A DNA stretch of 32,000 nt from Breznakia sp. PF5-3 (GTDB lineage: Bacteria > Bacillota_I > Bacilli_A > Erysipelotrichales > Erysipelotrichaceae). The notes beneath the pieces were generated by a model. That model was not told where the DNA came from, ran no database searches, and saw nothing but the letters and a program-made list of their open reading frames with translations. Location of the stretch: positions 13,600-45,599 of the forward strand of contig NZ_JAQFIQ010000017.1 in assembly GCF_029504745.1 (NCBI RefSeq), written 5' to 3'. Shown one piece after another: positions 1 through 11,024 of the stretch. Both the position numbers and the translations under genes were made by a program. The number at the start of each line of letters is the position of its first letter. The stretch's first letter is position 1.

Positions 1-1
1 A

Positions 2-109
2 TTGGAAGCAACCTTACCGATTACAATAGGAGCAATAATATTTATTCTGATTGGCGAATTTATATGTCGTAGAAATAAAACAGGGCAACCTGAGGAGGAA
101 AAACAATAA
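2..109 (+). CDS. 3' end of a membrane protein gene cut by the window edge (possibly an AguD-type agmatine/putrescine antiporter)
   Basis: Frame 2 is open from the window edge to TAA 107-109. It reads [35 protein letters not shown], a hydrophobic helix followed by a charged tail. The stop overlaps the aguA start (TAATG). Antiporter identity is inferred only from the common aguB-aguD-aguA-aguC gene order. Confidence 0.35.
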   Translation: MEATLPITIGAIIFILIGEFICRRNKTGQPEEEKQ

Positions 110-1206
110 TGAAAGTATTAAGAGAAAGTACACCTAAAAAAGATGGATTTAGAATGCCTGGTGAATTTGAACACCACGACGGATGTTGGATGATTTGGCC
201 AGAACGTCCTGATAATTGGCGTAATGGTGGAAAACCAGCACAACATGTATTTTGTAAAGTAGCAGAAGCAATTGCAGAGTTTGAACCAGTTACAATGTGT
301 GTAAGCAATGCACAATACGATAATGCTCGCTCTATGCTATCAGATAATATTCGCGTTGTAGAAATGAGTAATGATGACTCATGGATGCGTGATTGTGGAG
401 CAACCTTTGTTGTAAATGGTAAAGAAGTGCGTGGTGTTGATTGGCGCTTTAATGCATGGGGTGGTTTGTATGATGGATTATATTTTCCATGGGACAAAGA
501 TGATCATGTAGCTAAAAAAATGTGTGATATGGAGAGTAAAACTTGCTATTCATTAGAAGACTTTGTTTTAGAAGGTGGTTCTATTCATGTGGATGGCGAA
601 GGTACTTTAATTGTTACAGAAGAATGTTTGTTAAGTGAAGGAAGAAATCCGCAACTTTCAAAAGAAGAAATTGAAGATGTATTGAAACAATATTTAAATT
701 TAGAGAAAATCATTTGGATTCCTTATGGAATTTACAATGATGAAACAAATGGACATGTGGATAATATTTTACACTATGTTGCACCTGGAAAAGTTGTATT
801 GGCTTGGACAGAAGATAAAGCAGATCCACAATATGAAATTTGCCAAAAAGCTTATGAAATCTTAAGTAAGGAAAAAGATGCAAAAGGAAGAAACTTAGAA
901 ATTATAAAATTGATGCTTCCTGCCAATGTATTGATTACAAAAGAAGAGAGCGAAGGGGTAGATGCAGTAGATGGAACTTTACCTAGAATGGAAGGTGATC
1001 GTCTTGCAGCATCATATGCGAACTTCTATATTGCGAATGGTGGAGTGGTTGTACCAATGTTTGATGACCCTAATGATGAAAAAGCGATTGAAACATTACA
1101 ATCAGTTTTCCCTGATCGTAAAGTCGTAGGGTTGTATGCTCGTGAAATTTTACTGGGTGGAGGAAATATTCACTGTATTACACAACAACAACCATCAGGT
1201 AAATAA
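109..1206 (+). CDS. aguA: agmatine deiminase
   Basis: 365 aa. Full-length resemblance to the agmatine deiminase / PAD_porph family, including the C-terminal catalytic-Cys motif [21 protein letters not shown] lies upstream. Confidence 0.9.
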   Translation: MKVLRESTPKKDGFRMPGEFEHHDGCWMIWPERPDNWRNGGKPAQHVFCKVAEAIAEFEPVTMCVSNAQYDNARSMLSDNIRVVEMSNDDSWMRDCGATFVVNGKEVRGVDWRFNAWGGLYDGLYFPWDKDDHVAKKMCDMESKTCYSLEDFVLEGGSIHVDGEGTLIVTEECLLSEGRNPQLSKEEIEDVLKQYLNLEKIIWIPYGIYNDETNGHVDNILHYVAPGKVVLAWTEDKADPQYEICQKAYEILSKEKDAKGRNLEIIKLMLPANVLITKEESEGVDAVDGTLPRMEGDRLAASYANFYIANGGVVVPMFDDPNDEKAIETLQSVFPDRKVVGLYAREILLGGGNIHCITQQQPSGK

Positions 1207-1213
1207 TGTAATT

Positions 1214-1236
1214 GGGGATAACGAAGGTTTATCCCC
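1214..1236 (+). other. intercistronic stem-loop between aguA and the carbamate kinase gene
   Basis: GGGGATAA-(CGAAGGT)-TTATCCCC, an 8-bp stem, followed by TTCTTAATT, which is only a weak U tract. Confidence 0.35.
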
Positions 1237-1262
1237 TTCTTAATTGATAAAGGAGAGTATTT

Positions 1263-2201
1263 ATGTCTAGAATTGTAATTGCACTTGGTGGTAACGCCTT
1301 GGGGAATACCCCAGAAGAACAATTGGAAAAAATTGATCAAGCTACAAAATCGCTTGTTGGTTTGATTACGCAAGGAAATGAAATTATCATCAGCCATGGA
1401 AATGGACCGCAGGTAGGAATGATAAAATTGGCGTTGGACATGGCACATGAAGAGAGTGATAAAATAGCGCAGTTTGAATTGCCAGAGTGTACTGCTATGA
1501 GTCAAGGGTATATAGGATACCATTTACAACAAGGAATCATGAAAGAAATTCATCGTTTGGGATTGCCATGGCATTGTGCCAGTGTTGTTACTCAAATGGA
1601 AGTAGATGAACAAGATCCTGCATTCTCAAATCCAACCAAGCCTATTGGTGCATTTTATAGCAAAGAAGATGCAGAGGCAATGATGAAAAAGGATCCAAGT
1701 TTAGTGTTTAAGGAAGATGCAGGTAGAGGATATCGACAAATGGTAGCGAGTCCAAAACCTTTAGATATTGTAGAAAAGGATTCTATTTTAAATTTATTAG
1801 ATAATGAATTTATTGTTATTGCTTGTGGAGGAGGAGGTATTCCAGTAATCAAAGATGAGAACGGAGATCATCATGGAATCCCTGCTGTGATTGATAAGGA
1901 TTTTGCAAGCGCAAAATTAGCAGAATTAGTAGATGCAGATTATTTATTTGTTTTAACTGCTGTTGATCGTGTAATGGTTAATTTTGGTAAGCCAGATCAA
2001 AAAGAAATTATTGAAATGAGTATTGAAGAGGCTAAACAATACATAGAAGAAGGGCATTTTGCACCTGGTAGTATGTTGCCAAAAGTAGAAGCAGCAATGC
2101 AGTTTGCAGAAAGTAAAGCAGGAAGAAAATCAATTATTGCTTCACTTGAAAAAGCACCACTGGCAATGAAAGGGGAAAGTGGTACTTTAATCAAATTATA
2201 A
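1263..2201 (+). CDS. arcC: carbamate kinase
   Basis: 312 aa with motifs IVIALGGNAL, SHGNGPQVG and ACGGGGIPV typical of carbamate kinase. RBS AAAGGAGAG upstream. Sits in the position of aguC after aguA. Confidence 0.9.
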   Translation: MSRIVIALGGNALGNTPEEQLEKIDQATKSLVGLITQGNEIIISHGNGPQVGMIKLALDMAHEESDKIAQFELPECTAMSQGYIGYHLQQGIMKEIHRLGLPWHCASVVTQMEVDEQDPAFSNPTKPIGAFYSKEDAEAMMKKDPSLVFKEDAGRGYRQMVASPKPLDIVEKDSILNLLDNEFIVIACGGGGIPVIKDENGDHHGIPAVIDKDFASAKLAELVDADYLFVLTAVDRVMVNFGKPDQKEIIEMSIEEAKQYIEEGHFAPGSMLPKVEAAMQFAESKAGRKSIIASLEKAPLAMKGESGTLIKL

Positions 2202-2215
2202 TTACAAAAAAACAG

Positions 2216-2243
2216 TTGCAATTTCTTTTTGATATGATAATAT
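2216..2243 (+). promoter_or_regulatory. sigma-A-type promoter of the pyr operon
   Basis: TTGCAA (2216-2221), 16-nt spacer, then TGaTAATAT (extended -10, hexamer 2238-2243). Lies directly after the arcC stop and directly before the attenuator. Confidence 0.45.
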
Positions 2244-2249
2244 TATTAA

Positions 2250-2337
2250 GAAAAGTCCTTTAAGGCGATCCGTGAGGTTGCTAAGGTTCATGAGTGTTTT
2301 TATAAAGGTCTTTTTCGTGCAAAAAGGCCTTTTTTTG
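2250..2337 (+). promoter_or_regulatory. PyrR-type transcription attenuator (binding loop plus intrinsic terminator) in the pyr leader
   Basis: GUCCUUUAAGGCGAUCCGUGAGGUUGCUAAGG resembles the PyrR binding-loop pattern (CUUUAA...AUCCAGAGAGGUU...AAGG) as I remember it from Bacillus. It is followed by the terminator AAAGGUCUUUUU-(CGUGC)-AAAAAGGCCUUU plus a U7 tract at 2304-2337, upstream of pyrC. Confidence 0.5.
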
Positions 2338-2474
2338 AGAAATGGAGCGATAATGATGAAAACAAGTAACCAAATAAAAATTCCATTCATTCAAAAGACA
2401 GATATTATGAGTTGTATATAAACGCATACATTTTTATGTATTGCGTTTTTTTTAGAAAGAAAGGAAATGGTAAG

Positions 2475-3758
2475 ATGATTATAAAAAATGCAAAACTTGT
2501 CACAGAAGAAAATAAGACAAAAATACAGGATATTTTGATTAAAGATGGTAAAATTAAACGTATTGCTGATTATATTGAGGTTATTGATGAAGAAGTTATT
2601 GATGCAAATGATAAACTCATTTTGCCAGGTGGTATAGATGTTCATGTTCATTTGCGTGAGCCAGGGTTTACGCATAAGGAAACAATTAAAACAGGCTCAT
2701 TAGCAGCTTTGCATGGAGGATATACGACAATTATGCCAATGCCTAATATCAATCCATTTCCAGATAATGTAGAAGTTATCAAAGCGTATCAAGCATTATT
2801 ACAAAAAGATGGTGCATGTAACATTTATCCTTATGCTTGTATTACTAGAGGAGAGATTGGAAAACATTTGGTAGATATGAAAGCAATCAAAGAATTAGGG
2901 ATTTCATGGTTTAGTGATGATGGTGTCGGTGTGCAAAGAGAAGATATGATGTATAAAGCGATGCAATCAGCCCATGAAAATGATGTGATGATTGTGGCTC
3001 ATACAGAAGATATGCGATATCGTAAAGTAAAGGCCTGTATGCATGAAGGAAAACGAAATAAAGAATTGGATTTAATCGGCATTCCTAGTGCTTGTGAATT
3101 TAAACAGATTGAGCGTGATTTACAACTTGCATATGAAACAAAAGCAAAATATCATATTTGTCATATGAGTAGTAAAGAAAGTGTAGAGCTTTTGAAAAAA
3201 TATAAACAGATGGGTGCTGATGTCAGTGGTGAAGTTACAACACATCATTTATTATTAAATGAACATGATGTGGAAAATACGAATCATAAAATGAACCCAC
3301 CACTACGATCAAAAGAAGATCAGCAAGCATTAATTAATGGCTTATTAGAGGGAGTGATTGATTTCGTTGCCAATGATCACGCACCACATAGTGAAGAAGA
3401 AAAAAAGGCTCCAATGGACAGTGCTCCATTTGGAATAGTAGCACTAGAAACTAGCATTCCTCTTATTTATACAAAATTTGTGAAAAAAGGGATATTTACT
3501 TTGGAACAGTTTCAAAAATTTATTAGCACCAACCCTGCCAAACGGTTTGGTTTTGATACAAAAGGAAGCATACAAGAAGGGTATGATGCTGATATAATAT
3601 GTATAGCAGAAAAAGTAGGGAAAATAGATAAAAAAGCATTTATATCATTGGGAAAGAATACACCATTTGATCAATATGATGTTGCTTGTGAAATCAACTT
3701 CAGCATGGTGAATGGAATTATAAAATATACATCTAAGGAGGTACAAAATGAAGCGTAA
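2475..3758 (+). CDS. pyrC: dihydroorotase
   Basis: Motifs DVHVHLREPG and NDHAPH. I place the start at ATG 2475 (MIIKNAKL...), preceded by AAGGAAA. The track start at 2412 would read through the leader. Confidence 0.9.
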   Translation: MIIKNAKLVTEENKTKIQDILIKDGKIKRIADYIEVIDEEVIDANDKLILPGGIDVHVHLREPGFTHKETIKTGSLAALHGGYTTIMPMPNINPFPDNVEVIKAYQALLQKDGACNIYPYACITRGEIGKHLVDMKAIKELGISWFSDDGVGVQREDMMYKAMQSAHENDVMIVAHTEDMRYRKVKACMHEGKRNKELDLIGIPSACEFKQIERDLQLAYETKAKYHICHMSSKESVELLKKYKQMGADVSGEVTTHHLLLNEHDVENTNHKMNPPLRSKEDQQALINGLLEGVIDFVANDHAPHSEEEKKAPMDSAPFGIVALETSIPLIYTKFVKKGIFTLEQFQKFISTNPAKRFGFDTKGSIQEGYDADIICIAEKVGKIDKKAFISLGKNTPFDQYDVACEINFSMVNGIIKYTSKEVQNEA

Positions 3759-4839
3759 GTTAATATTAGAAGATGGCTCAGTATATATAGGAGAAGCAAT
3801 CGGGGGAGATACTTTCCAGATTGGGGAAATTGTATTTAATACTGGAATGAGTGGTTACCAAGAGGAGCTTAGTGATCCTTCTTATTGTGGACAAATCATT
3901 TTAATGACATATCCAATGGTTGGTAATTATGGAATCAACCGCGATGATTTTGAAAGTTTAAATCCAGCGGTGTTTGGAATTGTTGTAAATGAACTTTGTG
4001 ATTATCCATCAAACTGGCGCTCAGCTATGAGTTTAGATGAATTTTTAAAACAAAAGAAGATTCCTGGAATCAGTGGTGTTGATACACGAGCAATCACTAA
4101 AAAATTACGTGATGTAGGATCTATGAAGGCTACTTTAGCGGATATGTATGCAGAAGAAAAAAATATTGTTAAGCATTTGAAGAATGCGCCAACAATGAAT
4201 GGGCAAGTAGCAAAGGTTTCTACACAAAAACCATATTTGATTCCAAGTCGAGGAAAAAAAGTTGTCTTGATTGATTTTGGGGCAAAACAAGGAATTGTTC
4301 GCGAACTTAGTAAACGTGGTTGTGATTTGACAGTTGTACCATATAACACAGATAGTGAAACGATATTGGGATTGAGTCCTGATGGGATTATGCTTTCTAA
4401 TGGGCCTGGAAATCCAAAGGATGTTGAAGTTGCAGTAAAGACAGTAAAAGAATTGATAGGAAAAGTACCAATCTTTGGAATTTGTCTTGGTCATCAAATT
4501 TTAAGTCTTGCATGTGGTGCTGATACATCAAAGCTGAAATTTGGTCATCATGGAAGCAATCATCCAGTGATTGATCTTAAAACGAAAAAAGTAGCTATCA
4601 CTTCGCAAAATCATAATTTTGCAGTCGATGAAAAGAGTTTGAAAAATACCGATTTAGAAGCGACACATGTAAACTTAAATGATAAGAGTGTAGAGGGAGT
4701 GCGTCATAAAAAGTATCCAGCATTTAGTGTGCAATATCATCCAGAAGCATCTCCAGGACCAGAAGATACAAACTATTTGTTTGATCAATTTATGGAGATG
4801 ATGGAAACTACAGGAGGTAAAAACAATGCCAAAGCGTAA
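3748..4839 (+). CDS. carA: carbamoyl-phosphate synthase small (glutaminase) subunit
   Basis: 363 aa with the GATase catalytic motif GICLGHQ and a C-terminal HPE. RBS GGAGG. Overlaps the pyrC stop by 11 nt. Confidence 0.93.
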   Translation: MKRKLILEDGSVYIGEAIGGDTFQIGEIVFNTGMSGYQEELSDPSYCGQIILMTYPMVGNYGINRDDFESLNPAVFGIVVNELCDYPSNWRSAMSLDEFLKQKKIPGISGVDTRAITKKLRDVGSMKATLADMYAEEKNIVKHLKNAPTMNGQVAKVSTQKPYLIPSRGKKVVLIDFGAKQGIVRELSKRGCDLTVVPYNTDSETILGLSPDGIMLSNGPGNPKDVEVAVKTVKELIGKVPIFGICLGHQILSLACGADTSKLKFGHHGSNHPVIDLKTKKVAITSQNHNFAVDEKSLKNTDLEATHVNLNDKSVEGVRHKKYPAFSVQYHPEASPGPEDTNYLFDQFMEMMETTGGKNNAKA

Positions 4840-7800
4840 GGATATAAAAAAGATATTAGTAATTGGTTCAGGTCCAATTATTATAGGGCAAGCAGCAGAG
4901 TTTGATTATGCAGGAACCCAAGCTTGTCAGGCACTTCGTGAAGAAGGGTATGAAGTTGTTTTGATTAACTCCAACCCAGCAACGATTATGACAGATACGA
5001 CAGTAGCTGATAAAGTATATATTGAACCATTGACAGCGGAATTTGCATCTAAGATTATCCACAAAGAAAAACCAGATGCAATTTTAGGAACACTAGGTGG
5101 TCAAACAGGATTGAACTTGGTAGTTGAATTAGCTAATATTGGTGTTTTAGAGAAAGAAAACGTAGAAATACTAGGAACCAAATTAGATGCTATTGAAAAA
5201 GCAGAGGATAGAGAAAAATTCAAACAATTGATGGAAGAGTTAGGACAACCAATTCCTGAGAGTTTAATCGTACACAGTGTTGATGAAGCACTATCATTTG
5301 CAAAAGAAATAGGCTATCCAGTCGTTGTTCGTCCAGCATTTACACTGGGAGGAACAGGGGGAGGATTTGCTCAAAGTGATGAAGAATTGGCAGATATTAC
5401 AAAGAATGGATTAAAATTATCACCAGTGAATCAATGTTTGATTGAAAAAAGTATTGCTGGATATAAAGAAATAGAATATGAGGTAATGCGTGATAATAAC
5501 GATAATGCAATTGTCGTTTGTAATATGGAAAATGTGGATCCAGTAGGGATTCATACAGGTGATTCCATTGTTGTTGCTCCAGTGCAGACGCTGAGTGATC
5601 GTGAAAATCAAATGTTAAGAAATGCTTCTTTAGATATTATTCGGGCTTTAAAGATTTGTGGTGGCTGTAATGTACAATTAGCATTAGATCCAAAATCATT
5701 TAATTATTATGTAATTGAGGTAAATCCTAGGGTTTCACGCTCTAGTGCACTTGCGAGTAAAGCAACTGGTTATCCAATTGCGAAATTGGCAGCAAAGACA
5801 GCAGTAGGGTTAACGATGGATGAAATTATGAATCCAGTTACGAAGACTTCTTATGCTTGTTTTGAACCAACAATTGATTATATTGTAACGAAGATTCCAA
5901 GATTTCCCTTTGATAAATTCCCGAGTGCTGATCGCCGCTTAGGAACACAGATGAAAGCTACTGGGGAAGTGATGTCAATCGGACGTAATTTTGAAGAAAG
6001 CTTATTAAAAGCAATTCGTTCAATTGAAATGAAAGTAGATCATATTTTTATGGCTGATTTTGTGGAATTCTCAGTAGATGATTTGTGGCTAAAAGTAAAA
6101 CAACATGATGATGAGCGTTTATACGCTATTATGGAACTAATTCGTCGTGGTGTAGATATTCAAGATATTTATGAGTTTACAATGATTGATCCATTCTTCT
6201 TATATAAATTGAAAAAGATATATGATATGGAAATAAAATTAAAAGAAAATAGAAAAGATGTTGAAACTTTGGAATTAGTAAAACGTAATGGTTTCTCAGA
6301 TTCTTATATTGCTAAAGTTTGGGAAATGGAAGAAGATGATATTTATCATATGCGTAAAGAAAATAAATTGATTCCAGTTTATAAAATGGTGGATACTTGT
6401 GCAGGTGAATTTGAATCGAATACACCATACTTTTATTCAAGTTATTTGCAAGAAAATGAATCGCTTCGAAGTGATAAGAAAAAAGTAATCGTTTTAGGTT
6501 CAGGTCCAATTCGAATTGGACAAGGGGTAGAATTCGATTATGCAACGGTACACTGTGTATTAGCGCTTCGTGAAGCAGGTTATGAAGCAATCGTAGTGAA
6601 TAATAATCCAGAAACAGTATCAACGGATTTTTCAATCTCTGATAAATTGTATTTTGAACCATTAACATTGGAAGATGTGATGCATATTGTGGATTTAGAA
6701 GATCCATTAGGAGTAATTGTACAATTTGGTGGTCAAACAGCAATCAATTTGGCAGATGGATTAGAAAAACGGGGTGTGAAAATTTTAGGGACTTCAGTAA
6801 AGAATATCAATCTTGCAGAAGATCGCTATGAGTTTGAAGCTATGTTGCATAAATTGAATATTCCTCAACCAAAAGGAGAAACGGCTTTTGAGGTGGAAGA
6901 GTCGATTGCGATAGCGAATCGGATTGGATATCCAGTACTAGTAAGACCTTCTTATGTGTTAGGTGGAAGAGCAATGGAAATTGTACATAATGATGATGAC
7001 TTACGAAAATATATGACGAATGCAATTAAGGAAATATCACATGATTCACCAATCTTAGTAGATAAATATATTGTTGGTAAAGAAGTCGAAACAGATGCAA
7101 TTTGTGATGGAGAAAATGTTTATATCCCTGGAATCATGGAACATATTGAACGTGCAGGTGTTCATTCAGGAGATTCAATCAGTGTATATCCAACACAGAC
7201 CTTAAGCAAGGATGTAAAATATAAAATTATTGAGTATACAACAAAAATAGGAAAAGGATTTAATTTTATTGGTTTGTTTAATATTCAATTTATTATTGAT
7301 CGAAATGATGAAGTATATGTCTTAGAAGTAAATCCAAGGAGCAGTAGAACAATACCATTCTTGTCAAAGATTACAAATGTACCAATGGCTAATATTGCAA
7401 CGAAAGCAATAATGGGTGAGCATTTAATCAAGCAAGGATACTTAGAAGGTATCAAGCGTGAACCAGATCGAGTTTATGTGAAAGCACCAGTGTTCTCATT
7501 TGCGAAATTACGTAGTGTAGATACAACCTTAGGTCCTGAAATGAAAAGTACGGGAGAATCTTTAGGTGCTGATCAAACCATTGATAAAGCATTGTATAAA
7601 GCGATGATAGCTTCTGGAATAAAAATCCCATTACATGGTTCTGTGTTGATGACAATTGCAGATACGAATAAAGAAGAAGCACTTTCGCTTGCGAAGCGAT
7701 TTGAGGAAATCGGATATGGAATTTTTGCTACTAGTGGAACTTGTAAGTTTTTGAAAAAACATAATGTAAATGTACAAGAAGTTGCAAAAGTTGATCAGGA

Positions 7801-8015
7801 AGATTTTGATGTTTTAGATTTAATAATCAAAGGAAAAGTGGACTATGTTGTAAATACGATGTCACAGGAAAAATCTTCACGCGATGATGGTTTCATGATT
7901 CGTCGTGTTGCTGCAGAAAATGGAATTTCATGTTTAACATCTTTAGATACAGCAGATGCAATCTTGAAAGTTATTGAGGCTCAAAGTTTTTCATCTATAC
8001 CAATGGGGGATATTC

Positions 8016-8026
<11 letters not shown>
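4826..8026 (+). CDS. carB: carbamoyl-phosphate synthase large subunit
   Basis: 1066 aa with duplicated ATP-grasp halves ([20 protein letters not shown] and [19 protein letters not shown]) and a C-terminal MGS-like domain. Confidence 0.96.
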
Positions 8027-10354
<2,328 letters not shown>

Positions 10355-10355
<1 letters not shown>

Positions 10356-10987
10356 TGGAAAAGCAAATAGCAAAAAATTTATTAGAAGCTGAAGCAGTGT
10401 TTTTAAGACCAAATGATCCATTTACTTGGGCAAGTGGTATAAAGAGTCCGATTTATTGTGATAATCGCTTAATCTTATCGTATCCAGATAAACGACGCAT
10501 GGTTGTAGATGGGTTTGTAAAGCTTATCAAAAGTGAATATCCAGATGTGGATATGATCATGGGAACAGCTACGGCAGGGATTCCATGGGCGGCACTTGTA
10601 GCGGATCAAATGGATTTACCTATGGGGTATGTTAGAAGTTCTAATAAATCGCATGGGAAAGAAAATAAGATTGAAGGAAAAGTAACTTCTGGAATGAAAG
10701 TTGTAATTATTGAAGACTTAATTTCAACAGGTGGTAGTGTAAAAGGGGTAGTTGAAGCATTAAGAGATACAGGATGTGAAGTATTGAGTGTTGTAGCGAT
10801 ATTCACATATCTGTTACCAAAAGCACAAGCTGCATTTGATGAAATGAGGTGTCAATTAAAGACATTGAGCAATTATGATTATTTGTTGGAAGCTGCTTTG
10901 GAAATGGATTACATTAAGGATGAAGACTTAAGTAAATTACAGGCATTTAAGCAAAACCCATCCGATGATTCATGGATGAAAAAATAA
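10355..10987 (+). CDS. pyrE: orotate phosphoribosyltransferase
   Basis: 210 aa with PRPP-binding motif VVIIEDLISTGGS. TAATG overlap with pyrF. Confidence 0.93.
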
Positions 10988-10990
10988 CAA

Positions 10991-11021
10991 AAAAAGTTGG
11001 CGATTGACCAACTTTTCTTTT
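10991..11021. terminator. bidirectional intrinsic terminator shared by convergent pyrE and ponA
   Basis: AAAAGTTGG-(CGATTGA)-CCAACTTTT, flanked by an A run on the left and a T-rich run on the right. Confidence 0.6.
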
Positions 11022-11024
11022 GCA

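Noticed and set aside
2202-2675. 62-aa and 94-aa minus-strand ORFs, and the 21-codon N-terminal extension of pyrC (track start 2412)
   Set aside because: They overlap the pyr promoter, attenuator and terminator. Their composition is low-complexity and AT-driven (Ile/Asn/Phe-rich). The ATG at 2475 with its AAGGAAA RBS gives a normal dihydroorotase N-terminus.
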